From Tubulanus polymorphus (lineage: Eukaryota > Animalia > Nemertea), in the NCBI RefSeq assembly GCF_964204645.1, contig NC_134030.1, forward strand, positions 9,823,222-9,887,221: DNA of 64,000 bases. Reading direction: 5' to 3'. Made by a program: the position numbers and the translations under genes. Of the stretch, positions 13,693 to 26,333 are shown piece after piece. Each line of letters opens with the position of its first letter. Position 1 is the first letter of the stretch. The notes under the pieces are model-generated. The model saw only the letters and a list, made by a program, of their open reading frames with translations. It searched no databases and was not told the DNA's origin.

Positions 13693-15659
13693 AATTTTTA
13701 AACTAAACCTCAACAATAGAAAATCAGATATTGAAATCCTAAAACAAATTACTACAGATCGTGAGCATTGGAGAAGTAAAGTACACAACATCTTGGCGCA
13801 GCGGCGCTTGCTGTGATGATGAACCCGCCAGAACTTTCTGGCTAATCATTCCTTTAGGTTTATGTTTGATACTCTGTTCAATCATTCCAGTTTCAAACTT
13901 ATGGAAATGTTATTGAAAATCTTTACAATGCTGCCATATTAGATGTTTTAGATGTAATAGGCGTCCTGAAAGTTAATTTATCTAACAAAAACTAAATTAT
14001 GAGTTGGAACAATATGGATTAAAAGCTTTGAGCAATTTAACTTTGGACCTTATAAGTGATTTAGACCATTACAGATTATCAGTGAAATCTGTAGTAGCAG
14101 GACCTTTCTATATATAACAATGTAGCCTCATCCACACTTACAAATACAGAACAGTTATTCTATTAAGCAAAAATCGTCGTCAATTATAACTACAGTCCGT
14201 TTCCGCAGCGATGAGTGAAAATTGAATTAATATTATATATGAAGCTAAAAAAAATGCGCGATCCAAAGATACAATTCCACTATAAATGGCTAACACCCAT
14301 CAATGGTGACTGCACTGGTATAATACCAGTGTATTTCTGATCGGAAATATGTTTATGCTTGCGGAATAAAATCGATTTGAAATAAGTTCTGCGGAATTCA
14401 GCTTTGCAGTATAGTACAGACCAGCGGAAACCACTTTAGGTGTCTGTGTAGACCGGTATGCAACATTCAAAACTTTTCTGACGCACACTGAAATTAATAT
14501 AAGATGTACCAGTACCAAATAGTTCAGGCTCAATCATAACACAAATAGACTACGATCTGTTTAATACACTATTGGAGCTTGCCACGTCAAGAAATCTAAG
14601 GCGGCATAAAACGAACGTAGATAAAAGTCGCAGATAATCAAAGGTGCACGAATATTGTAAAAACACTTTGAAATTTTTAAGTTTTTCAACATAAGAATAT
14701 TAGAAGTATTCTATTGAATTTTGCTGTGAAATCAAATTTGGGGGATTTTTACCTGGGGGATCTTTACCGGGAGGAGGGGGGAGGGTATTTTTACCTGGTG
14801 GAATCCCTCCCCGTTGCTTGCAAAAAAATCAAAGTCAAAATGTGAGAGAAATTAGGCCAAAAGCTTTCAACCGGCCAAGCCATTCGCCAAATTTGCATTC
14901 AATAACCAGTCGTTTAGCTTAACGACTGGTTAGAATTAAACAACCTTTAAGCAACCGGCCCCAGCAATATAAGTCAGAATTTTATCAACATTAGACCCGA
15001 AATTGCCTGACTTAGAACATTCGCATTTCATATATTCGGCACAGTAAACTAACAGGGGAGTAGCAACCAAAAGATTATTGGTCAAACATATAATATAAAT
15101 AAATCATTGCCTCGGAGCGTGGAACCGGGGGAAGAAACTTTCGAAAATTGACTATGTAATTTAGTGCATTCTGAGGATTTTTCAGACCTGCAAAGAAGAA
15201 CCACCTTGGTAATTATTGGTCCGACATATTTCGGACCAACCGCACCGGTAGCTACGCCGCTGACTAAACACAATTACCTGCCTCACATTCATCAAAATTG
15301 CGACGCCGTCCTTGTTCAGCTTTAATCGTAGCGATATCACCGTAGCAAGCTTGAACCGAAGGACGCAAAAATAGACCCATGCCCACCGACTTTTTTCACT
15401 TAAAATATGTCGTTTTTTTAAATACGATGTGCCACTCTCTGGACAAACAGTCTCAGGATCTGATTTTCAGGAAGTTAGCATGGAAAGAGTTAAAATGATG
15501 TCGTAAACTGATGACCTATAGCAATGCTATAATTCTCAAGTGCAGAATCATACGAGCATGTCCGATTCATTCCCTGAAATGTAGGCATCCATCAAGGGAA
15601 CATATTAAGCCCTTTACTTTTCAATATTTCAATTAATCATATAATTTACATTTTTTACG

Positions 15660-15815
15660 ACTGCGATACACCTCCTCTTAATGATATTTTAATCCCCTGT
15701 TTAATGTATGCTGATGACCTGGCAATTTTCTCGCAGACGAAAGTTGGTCTACAGAAAGTTTGAATAAACTTAGTGAATACTGTAGTTCCTGGGGTATCGA
15801 AGTAAACTCCAAAAA
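15660..15815 (+). mobile_element. RT fragment of a LINE
   Basis: CLMYADDLAIFS (YADD motif) at ~15697-15735. Confidence 0.55.
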
Positions 15816-17350
15816 TTCTGCTGCGATGGTACAGAGCCGGGGTGGTACCCAATGGTGGTACCTTCCTTGATGATGATATCGGTGGTGACGATATTATCAT
15901 CAAGACGATATTACAGTTTTTTCATTTGATTTGATTTGACAAAAAGATGTACAAAAGAAAAAGAAAACATAATCTAACTAGAAAAGCAGAACGCAGACCT
16001 GACGGTTTCACCTACGGGATTTTTACCTAGGGGATTTTTACCACATACCGAATTTTGCCAACCGTCACTATTCTTATTACAGAGAAACAGCAGCTGTTAT
16101 AACATCATCATCTACTCTAACCATATAACAAGAGGCCTATCGATATTGAAGCGTCGGTTATGATGTTATGCATTGATATATTCATAACCAGGGGACATCA
16201 TCAATATCGGAAAACTTCGCATCGTTAAATGATGGTAACCAATTGTTTCAAAACAGTATTTCTATGCGTTTAGGACCGGAGTTACTTTTTGACGAGGCGT
16301 AGTTGATTTTTACCGGTATGCTTTTGTCCTTCCTTATAGAATGGCTCACAGTAAGAATTATGTGTTTCGACCAAACAGTAAACAAAAAAAAAACAGTCCC
16401 AAATTATTTTTTGGGGGACAAATAACCCGCCAGAACTTTCTGGCTAATCATTCCTTTAGGTTTATGTTGTACAGTTCGCTGTACAGTTTCCTGTGATACA
16501 TCAGACACTAAAAGGCTCTTAGTGAATGTCACACAAGATTGAATTTCCTATTCCCATCACCTATTTTCCTATCACCGTTCCTAGAAAATCTCACAGAAGT
16601 CCGTGCATACTTTTTAAAGTTGTTTAGCTTACGATGCAATTTTGATTGGATACACAATTAAACAAACAGAAAAATAGGCGGCGGAAAACCTCCTTGGTAG
16701 AGTAACAGAACTACCTGTTTATTCACGTATCGAATACAAACTATTGCTAGGCCTTTAGGGCCTTAACATGGAGATTCTAATGGTGACGGATTCGGGTTAT
16801 AACCTAAAATTCCACGCACGCAAAAAACAAAGCGTTTTAGCGAGCGTTTTTTTGCGCAAGTGGTACCTCGCGTATGGAATGCGTATGGCTTATGTCGAGT
16901 TAATTTCAAATGTGCATTTAAGAATCATCTTTTCGGCAAGCTTTTTACCTGTTTGCTCTATTACTGGTTTTTTTAATGGCTATTTCTATTCCGTATGATA
17001 TTTTGATTGTTTCCTAATTGTAGTTCTCTTTAAAATTTGGTAAAGCGCTTTAAAGCCTTCGGGAATGAGGCTCTGTAGATGAATGCCGCGTCTGTCATTT
17101 GTGCATAAACGTTTCAAGTTAGTTGAGTCGTTTTCGTTTAGTAACGAAATTTGTTAGCAAAACCCGAGTACTCTAAATGTACATTCAACCGTGATTATTC
17201 AGTTTTTGTCTCGTAAATCCGCGTACCTGAGATTCTTCCATATGCTTTTTGCGTTTACAACAACAAGAACATTTTCGATGTTTAATCTGTGTTTGCTATG
17301 TCGGAATAAAAGTTTTTTTTATTTTTCGAGTTTAAACAATTTATAATTAC

Positions 17351-17449
17351 CTTTATTTTTAGACTTGAATCGCTTGTATTTCGAAAGAGATGAAAAATGA
17401 CTATTATCCCTACTACTGGAACTGCAAACAACCACACTTTGCGCAACAT
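17351..17449 (-). pseudogene. Orphan first coding exon (TM anchor) of a third sulfotransferase copy
   Basis: MLRKVWLFAVPVVGIIVIFHLFRNTSDSSLKIK|GTAATT is nearly identical to exon 1 of copy B (62661-62765). No stem or catalytic exon is visible downstream (positions 1-17350). Confidence 0.65.
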
Positions 17450-17772
17450 TTTTTCAAAATGATTTGAACATTGTAATGAAAGCAGATCATGTAGATTCAT
17501 TTAGTCAGCAGGTATAAATACCACCACAGCTGTTACTATAGTGTACGGATAGACCGAATAAAAAAAACAAATGTTTCAGCACCTGCTGAAAACGACCATT
17601 TGATTTTAGCCACACTCTGAAAACCATTAGGCGAGAAGAACGCCAGAGAAGAACGCTAGAGAAAGAACTGGGCGTCATGCTCAAGTAAGGGGCCGTAGAA
17701 GAAGTCGATCATCTTCAGGTCAATTTTAAGACATTGCTTCCATTATAGGCCCCTGTTTACAATACCTACGTA

Positions 17773-18040
17773 TCGGTCGGTCGGTCGGTCGGTCGGTCGG
17801 TCGGTCGGTCGGTCGGTCGGTCGGTCGGTCGGTCGGTCGGTCGGTCGGTCGGTCGGTCGGTCGGTCGGTCGGTCGGTCGGTCGGTCGGTCGGTCGGTCGG
17901 TCGGTCGGTCGGTCGGTCGGTCGGTCGGTCGGTCGGTCGGTCGGTCGGTCGGTCGGTCGGTCGGTCGGTCGGTCGGTCGGTCGGTCGGTCGGTCGGTCGG
18001 TCGGTCGGTCGGTCGGTCGGTCGGTCGGTCGGTCGGTCGG
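17773..18040. repeat. (GGTC)n microsatellite, ~67 units
   Basis: Pure tetranucleotide run; source of the spurious PTDR ORFs. Confidence 0.98.
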
Positions 18041-18151
18041 TTTGACAATCACACGTGGGGTGTTTTTGGCCCAGAACAACTGTTCACACGGGCGCCAAAT
18101 GGGCCCGTACCTGTTTGGCCCGACCACGATAACTTTATTCAAAATAAATTA

Positions 18152-20950
18152 CTATTTCTGCAAGAAATTTAAATCGTAATCAAACAATATGAAATCGGCT
18201 TTGTATTCTTCATACAAATCATCGATCAATTTTTGAGGAAGGTCTTTGTAATATTTGTTCAACTTTTCTGAGGAATATGTATGAGGGAGTGTGGCCGTTT
18301 TTGCCAGTTCCGGTTCCAGGTGGAAACGATTTTGAACAAGTTTGAAATCATTTTCGACCGTATCTCCGTATTTCCCGATGAAACTGTAAGCAATATCGCA
18401 TGGACGACAAAGCCTTTCGTATGATGCCCAATGTATATCATCAACATAATGAAGAAGGATGAACTCAGCGAATTCTTTAAACGTTGCTCTGTCTCCAGGT
18501 TTGACATCATTTCGGGCTGACCGAATAATCATTGGCTCGAGGTCTGCGTATCCTTTATCGTATTTACGCACAATTTTATCCAAATACGCAGATAACAGTC
18601 TCTCAAAAGGATGTCGTACGAACAGAAATTTGAAGTAGGTTTTTAAGCGTTCGGTTTTTTCATCTTGAGAATAACTCGATAGTGGCCTGATTAAATCTAA
18701 CGACGTTAAGTAGATACTTTGTTTCGTGTCAAGGTTATTTATGAGGGATAGGTTTGTCGTGCGAAGTTTTCCGGTCGTGTGTAGTAACGTGTATCTCCAT
18801 ATCGACGTGCCCACTTTGGGAATTTCGCAATAAAGGATCTTGTGTACGTCATCGACCGTAAATCTCTTGTACGTGTACGTGTATGGACCTAGAAAAGATA
18901 GCGAGATATGTTTCGAAATTAAACACTCGAGACTTAATGACACGATGGAGAGTCCCAGGCCACAAACATTCATCCCACCTGTCGATGTATTGGTTAGTTT
19001 TTCACATCCTGATTTTACATGCGCGAGTCTCTGATGATAGGTAGCATTCCAATCACGAATTTTACTGTTCTGTGTCTGAAATATACATGTACGTATATAG
19101 ATTTTACCAGCGAAGCGATCGACTTTTATTGTTTAATGTAGATTTCCACCGTCACATTCAAGTCGCCTGCAGCGGTTTATATCGTAGTAGTGGAGAGGTT
19201 GGACGCGCTGGCCTTTCCATTATGGACAGAACTATATTCGTCTAAAAGTTGGACCATACCACAATGCACAATGCATATTTGAAATATTGCAAATGTTCAT
19301 TAGGTTTATTCCGGAAAATTTACGAAATATCACAACGATGAAATTGAATGGGATTTGAATTTGGTGGAATTGAATTACAGTATTGCCAGATTTGAAATGC
19401 TGGTTAATCTAAAACAAAACTCCTGTTGTGACATTCTAGGATCTGAAAACAACCTGGAAATTTCGTGAAGGTCCGTTAAGAAACTTTTTAAGATATTCTT
19501 GAGGAAGAAAAGAACATGGGAATGAGAAACAATGGAGTTTCTGCAGAAACCGACACGCTTTGTGTAGCAGTGAATTGAATGTCGTGGCGTGTGGCGAGAT
19601 AAAGATCAACCAACGTGTATAATTTTTTTTGGGAAAAATATAGAAAAGAGATTGTACTGATACTGATTTCACTGATCTGATCACAGAGCCACCACAGCTG
19701 ATACAACATTAATATCTACTCTTTCTTGGCAGCTTTTTTTTTCATTTGAACATAAAGGAGTGCATTAGTATGGATCTAACGTGGCGTTACACCGTGTTAT
19801 GTAAAACAATTTAATTGGTACAGTCTCATATATTTCAATACAGAAATATCAGTCAGAAACTTAGTGTTAAAGGCTGATATGCGCTTTGTGAGAAGAAGAA
19901 GTCGGTGAAACGTACTCTTTATTGGTAATGTACAAAACTGAGACTAATCACCCATTTTTAAGTAACTAAGCTTGGTATGGTTTTATGAATCTCGTTATAT
20001 ACGCCGGGTCGATCCGTTAGATCTGTTATACAGGTCCAGTCAGGCCACGCAAAGATAATGGCTTGTTTCCCACCAGTTTCATTTTCCCCGCGCGTCAAAA
20101 AAGGTTCGTCAGTAGGTAATAGAAATAAAAATGAAAGTGAAAAAAAGTAAAAATAAAGAATAGTCGCCCTCGTCACTTTCGGAATTTGGAAAAAAGGCTT
20201 TCTACATCTCTCTTCTTTCAAAGAGGGAGGTAAAAATAAAAACCTGCTGTATTTTTTTGCGTGGCTTTCACTGTGCCACGAACACAACAACCTAGGTTTT
20301 GGTGACCGTTCTTTTGCGCAAGGTGCAAGGCGTACCTCGTATGAAGAATGCGCAGGCCAGGTCATTTAATGCTTTCAAATGTGCATTGAAGATTCATCTT
20401 TTACCTTATTGCTCTAATTCTGGTTTTTGTATGGCCAGATTCTATTTCGTATTACATTTTAATTGTATCTTAATTGTATTTCTCTTTTAGATTCTATAAA
20501 GCGCTTTGGAGCCTTTATAAGAATGAGGCGCTGTAGATAAATGCCGCGTCTATCATCATTTGTGTACAAAAGTTCTTAGTTAATAAGTCGAATAGTTTTC
20601 AGTTACAAGATTTTCAATATTCAAAATTCGAGTACTCCAATTCGTGCATTCTAGTGTGAAATAATCCACGTTTTGTTTCGTCTATCCGCACACCTTGTTA
20701 TGATTATTTTCTTCCATATGTTTTCTTTTGCAGTTTATACACAACAAGAACATTTTTGAGAATATCATTCCGAGTTAGCTGTGTCGGAATACAAACTATA
20801 GTTTCTCAAATGTAGTGTCCTATTCGAGAGTTAACAATCTATATTTACCTTTATTTTTGCACCTACATCGATTACATTTCGAAAGAGATAAAGAATGACC
20901 AGTGTCACTACTGTTGGAATTGCCAGCGACCACGCTTTAATGCGCAACAT
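18152..20950 (-). CDS. Carbohydrate sulfotransferase (Sulfotransfer_2, CHST11/CHST8-14-like), copy A, 311 aa; exons 20950-20849, 19075-18979, 18888-18152
   Basis: 5'-PSB motif IPKVGTSIW, 3'-PB motif FVRHPFERLLSAY, HW..Y...C.PC and C-terminal Y..DF.LF.Y. Type-II anchor exon MLRIKAWSLAIPTVVTLVILYLF. Stem exon ..HQRLAHVKSGC. GT-AG introns in matching phases (0, 1). AATAAA lies just after the stop. Confidence 0.9.
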
Positions 20951-21511
20951 AATTTCAAAATGAATTGAATAATGTCATGTCTGCAGATAGTTATATCTAG
21001 TTCGCATGAATAGCAGCCGCCACAGCTGTTACATAAGTGATAATCAAACAAGACGGATGCTTTCAGGAATTGCAGAAAACGTCCAGTTGTTTTCAACAAT
21101 TCATTTAGAACAAAATCAGTTCCAGAAAACAATTTTACTAAGGTTTATATCCCTTTGGGAAAACAACGCCAAATGTCTAAATGCACTAACTGAGAATAAC
21201 GCCCTACAGAAGAAAACTGAGAACTGTTATCCACAATGGGTATACATGCAAAATACATGCAAAATAAATTCGTTGGTTCGTTGGTTGGTTCGTTGGTTGG
21301 TTCGTTCTTTGGTTCGTTGGTTCGTTGGTTCATTCATTCATTCAAACGATGGGCATCGTTTTGACCGATGATGCACCTTTAACGACGATTCCCGAAGGGG
21401 TCATGTGGTTATGTTTGTAACTGAATAACTGTAGGGTCAAATGTAAGTTGAGAATTGTGAAGGCGGGTTCTTGACGTGTGTCACCCTAACAACCGTAATG
21501 TAGAGAACACT

Positions 21512-21640
21512 CTGGGCCCAGTTTCACAAAGATTTAGGCCTAAATCGATTTAAGATTAATGAACTGAATTAATTAAGACTGAATTAATGAAGAAATTAAA
21601 TCGATTTAAGAGTTAAACTTTTTTGTGAGACTGGGCCCTG
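21512..21640. mobile_element. Short palindromic MITE
   Basis: CTGGGCCCAGTTTCACAAA ... TTTGTGAGACTGGGCCCTG inverted ends. Confidence 0.65.
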
Positions 21641-22496
21641 CCGCTGTTTCTAGCATTACAATCCAGCAGCTATTTTCACAAAGTTGCACCTTTGAACCCT
21701 TGAAACTTTTATCAAAAGAAATTAACAATGAACTTTGAACTACCCACTGGTTAACTCTAACCAAATTTTGAGCAAAAGGTGTACATAACAGTCCACGGAG
21801 CTGTTACCACGTTACAATATCGTGACCTTTTGTCGTATATGCCAAACTGGTTTGGTACCATAAAAATACAACAATACCATATTTTAAAATTCTCAAGATT
21901 TCTCACGAGTGGTCTTCTGATTATTGTTCACCAAGAACCAAGGCCGGAGTAGAACATGGGCAACTAGCCGGATACGGCCTGCGACGAGTCGGTAGGCGTC
22001 GGGTTGCCGTCGCAAGCCGGCTTATGTCGAACCGATAGAGCAGCAACTGGCGGCCTCTCGTAGGCCGCTAGTTGCCGCTAATCGGCGATAAACCCAGTTG
22101 CGTCGGTAGGCGTCGCCTTGCTTGTCGACATAAGCCAGCCTTTAAATTCTGATTACGCTAGGATCGTAGAGCGACAGAGATCTCTGCGGAGACAAACACA
22201 TTGCCATGACTGGGCGAAGATTATCGTCGCATTGAGCGTGAACAAATTAAGGTTAGATGGTCACCTAAAATGATTATTGCAATTATATTACAGGTAATAT
22301 TAGGAATCATTTCTCATCCTCTATACGAGACCACTTTAGAGACAGATGAGCATAATTCTGTAGATGCTATCGACCACTGGTGTCTTTGTTGTGTAACTTC
22401 TGTCTCGATCCGTAGATATCCTCAGGCCGTTTCTATACCTGTCACTTTGTGAAGTAGTAAAGGATATAAAAACATTAATCATATACATGATTGGAT

Positions 22497-24760
22497 TCAT
22501 TTTAGACCTAAGAAACAGTAATTACCTAATTTTAGCAATTCGTACTCGTTCTGTGTACTCAATAATTGAGTAAATTTATGTACAGATGGGTATCTATAAT
22601 AATAATGTTTTATAAATTTCTGTCGTAAATCATGAAATCTAGGGCATTTTAGAATAAAATGGTATTCATCTTCAAGATCAGTTCCATCGCAAAATCTACA
22701 GTTCCTCTGTTGTCTCTCCAGTAGTGGTCTTTGCCACCTCCCCGTTTCGATTAATAAGATATGGCTATTCATTCGTATTTTAGCTATACTTTTACAGTAA
22801 TTCGTATAAATCAGTCTTAAATATGTTTCTTTTTCAAAAATTGAATTTGATTCTCTGTCGAATGTAACTTTTCTGTATTCGTTTAGTTTCCCATGCCAGG
22901 TTTGAATGAACTGATCTTGAAGACGACGTTTTACAGTATTAATAAAGGTTGTCACATTATTTACATAACCATTAATCCATGCGTATTGCAGACCTAAACC
23001 ATACAATATATTTTTAATATTTGATGCCCAGTTATTTTCATTATTATTTATAACTTCATGCCTCATAATGAGGTAGAGTCGTCTGTTTAAAAAGGAGGTG
23101 TTATTGTCTGTAAGTTTTGGCCAGTATTTTATAGCTCTTAGCTGAAAATGAAAATAAAGGGGGAATCTCCCCAAATCACCATATATACGTCCTATAGGTG
23201 TACTTTTCTTTACCCCTAATATATCTCGGCAGTAGTCTAAGTGTATCTTCTCGATCAAAGATATTTCTTTTGTTCCCAATATCTCACACCCATAACTTAC
23301 GATGGGCACTACTAGTGAGTCAAAAAGATACATAATAGTTTCTATTTTTAGATATCTAAAATTGTCAGTGTATTGTTTTATCGCAAACAGCGCACGCTTT
23401 GCTTTATTAATTATATATTCATGATGTCTCCCAGTTTGACCGTTACTTTGCATGATATAGCCCAAATAGTTGTACTGGGTCACACTACTTCTATTTCTTT
23501 TCCATCGATATGGAATATATAATTTCTGCCGCCTTGCCTCTTAAAAATTACGATTTTGGTTTTCTCAACATTAATTTCCATTTGCCACTTTTTACAATAC
23601 TCTAAAAAGTGGTAAAGACCGTTTTGTAGACCTTCAGCCGAGTCTGCAATAAGCACCGTATCATCGGCGTAAAGTAATACATACAGTTTTAGCATATAAT
23701 AACTAACTTCGTTGTAGCCAGCGTTTATAAGTTCATCTTGTAAATCATTTAAAAACATAGTGAAAAGAAATGGCGAAAGGCTCTCTCCTTGCCTAACTCC
23801 ACTATTACAGATAAAAGGGTTAGAGAAACCATTATGCTTTACTACTGACTTCACTAAAGAATACATACTTCTAATAATCTTATATCTTATAATAAGTATT
23901 TTACCATCTATACCTAAATGTATTGATTTAAACCATAATGCGTCTCGGTTAATGTCATCGAACGCCTTAGAAAAATCTATTTAAGCACAGTACAGTTTCC
24001 TGCTGTGGATAATAAAATTATTAATTACTGACTGTAAGGTAAAAATATTGTCCATAGTTCCACACTTGGGTCTTAACCCGGATTGAATATCAGAGAAGAC
24101 ATTGTAAGCTTCAGCCCAAGTTAGTTAGTAAGATGAGTTTGCCAACAATGCTAAGGATGGTTACCCCTCTACAATTATCAACTTTGTCACTGTCACCTTT
24201 TTTTAATATGGGTACAATAATCCCTTCCATCCATAGGGCCGGATAAATTCCAGTATCGAGTATTATGTTGAAAATTATGGTTAAATGTGAAGTCAGGATA
24301 TCAATTCCATTCAACAAAAATTCAGAGATAACATCATCACATCCCGGAGATTTTCCTTTTTTAAACGTCTTATACCTAGATCAACCTCTTCCTTTGTAAT
24401 TGGAAATTCTGTTTCCCATGACAACAACATCGACATGTGATTCTAACAAGTTATTAAATTGTTTGTGTAAATTCTGAGGCAGGAATATCTGGGTTATATA
24501 AACTTTGAAAATAATCTCGGAACTCGTCGGTTGCAATGGAATTATTTACGCCTGGTTTTCTATTAATCCTTTTTAACTGTTTCCAGAATTCCTTATTATT
24601 ATCACTCCTTAAATTTGATATTTCTATAGATTTCCTCTTGTTGGCACCTAGACGTTTCCTTCTAAGTAATTTTTTATATTCCCTCCTTTTAATAACATAC
24701 AAATACCTATTAATTTCTGATGGCAATAGTCTATAAGTTTCATACATATTACTCTTCGCA
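22497..24760 (-). mobile_element. Degraded 5'-truncated non-LTR retrotransposon (RT plus C-terminal IETGR..C..C..EDEYH..C domain; RTEX/L2-type)
   Basis: RT motifs DFSKAFD, GVRQGESLSPFLF and LLYADD. Broken into several ORFs by stops and frameshifts; no endonuclease region seen. Confidence 0.9.
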
Positions 24761-25250
24761 TTTCAACACACTCACTATATAATCGATTATTCGTGAAATG
24801 ATGCATTAACAAGCAAATTCTCGGAGGTTACTTGCAGTCCAATATATGAGATACGAAACATTGTGTGGCAAATGCCAATGGTCAAAATTTGATCGATTAA
24901 CGCGAAAAGATAAAAAACCTAATTGAATTTGGTATGATAATCATTTTCACTGGAGGTTTAGCATTGACCCGCAACTCAGTCAATACAACGCTAATAAAAC
25001 GTCTCCTCATTGGTGGTCCATTCAGTCTTTCCTATTCAGAATGGTCTTACGAATATAATATGATACAAAGCGCACAATAGAATAATGAAACTGTTTGTGC
25101 GGAGATTTAAGTTGGGCGGACGTAGAACAACGATTTGAAGAATCGCAGCCATTCGACACGATAAGTTGAGCGATTTTGTCTGAATTTCAAGTACTTAGGG
25201 TTTTCGTCGTGTTCTTTGACTTCGGTGCGTCTGGCTCCACGGCTTTTTCA

Positions 25251-26333
25251 ATGTCTGATAACAACATCACTAGTACAAGCATTGCATTGACAACAACTCA
25301 GCTCATCACCTGGTGTTCAAAAAGAGAGAAAACACCAATCAAATGGATCAACAAATTCTGCGTATCAATATACTTAGGCTGGTATCTACCGGCGACTGTA
25401 TTCGGTTTGATATTCAACGCATTCACGTTGTTAGTTCTAAAACGGTTTGAATATGATAATTATTTTCTCATCAAAATTCTGGCTTTTACTGATCTTTTGT
25501 TTATGATCGCTACGTTCATTCTGTATCCGCTGAGAACTGCGTACGTTTACACCGTTTTGGGTGATATGGTATTTCGCTGGAATGACTGGAATTTTGGTAA
25601 GAGTTTTATCACGGTCTCTTTGCCGTTTTTCTACGTGTCTCAGATGACACGCAACTGGTGCACTGTACTGCTCAGTCTAGAGCGGTTGATCGTAGTATTA
25701 TTTCCACTGAAATCGCGTAAAATTCCCAAGAAGTTAATATCACAATGCGCAGTCATGTTCATTTCACTTTTGGGTTTTTGTGGCCATTTTATTCGCTTCA
25801 TACCTGAGCGTGAACTAGTATTTATCAATTGCCCGGATGAGTGGCCATATATTATGGTACTCGGTAGGTATTATCACTATCCCCAGTGGTTTAACCACGC
25901 AAGATGGCGTTACACAATCTCTGGAATCTATCTATCGATGTATCTTACTGTTATGATTCCAATTTGCTTTTTAGTTTTCATCAATGTTATCATTATTGCG
26001 GTGATATTTTTGCGTCGTATTACTCGACGTTCAGAGCTCGGTGTAAGTGATAAATCGTCCAGAAGGGAAATTAGGGTTTTAAGGATGGTTTTATCGGTTG
26101 TGTTTTTGTTTATCATCTGTGAAGGTTTTGGTTTTTACGAACGTTTAATGCATCTAGGTTATGTCCCATTTGTGCACACCATGAACCAGATAGCGATGGG
26201 ATTTTCTATCATCGATTCGTCAGGAAACTTCATCGTCTACTGCACGACGAATATTCAATTCAGGAAAGTAGCCATTGATATTTCAAGCAATGTCTGCCAC
26301 AAACAACGGGCTCCGCTGAATCGAAAACAATAA
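25251..26333 (+). CDS. Intronless class A GPCR, FMRFamide/peptide-receptor-like orphan (360 aa), paralog 1
   Basis: Seven hydrophobic segments; G..FN in TM1, LAFTD in TM2, SLERL (DRY equivalent), DSSGNFIVY in TM7; N-terminal NIT sequon. The first ATG is 25251 (the ORF track opens at an upstream TTG). Confidence 0.9.
   Translation: MSDNNITSTSIALTTTQLITWCSKREKTPIKWINKFCVSIYLGWYLPATVFGLIFNAFTLLVLKRFEYDNYFLIKILAFTDLLFMIATFILYPLRTAYVYTVLGDMVFRWNDWNFGKSFITVSLPFFYVSQMTRNWCTVLLSLERLIVVLFPLKSRKIPKKLISQCAVMFISLLGFCGHFIRFIPERELVFINCPDEWPYIMVLGRYYHYPQWFNHARWRYTISGIYLSMYLTVMIPICFLVFINVIIIAVIFLRRITRRSELGVSDKSSRREIRVLRMVLSVVFLFIICEGFGFYERLMHLGYVPFVHTMNQIAMGFSIIDSSGNFIVYCTTNIQFRKVAIDISSNVCHKQRAPLNRKQ

Larger units (their letters stand above)
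17030..18126. repeat. Segmental duplication, paralogous to ~62330-63590
   Basis: Co-linear near-identity across intron 1, exon 1, upstream region, microsatellite and the following TTTGACAATCACACGTGGGG..CCGACCA block. Confidence 0.9.

Noticed and set aside
17232-17300. Extra Cys/Lys-rich sulfotransferase exon (KHRKCSCCCKRKK)
   Set aside because: The homologous segments in copies A and B contain stops, and exon 1 splices in phase directly to the stem exon.
17726-18142. PTDR-repeat ORFs (and PTNQ/LVGW ORFs at 62865-63686)
   Set aside because: These are translations of tetranucleotide microsatellites.
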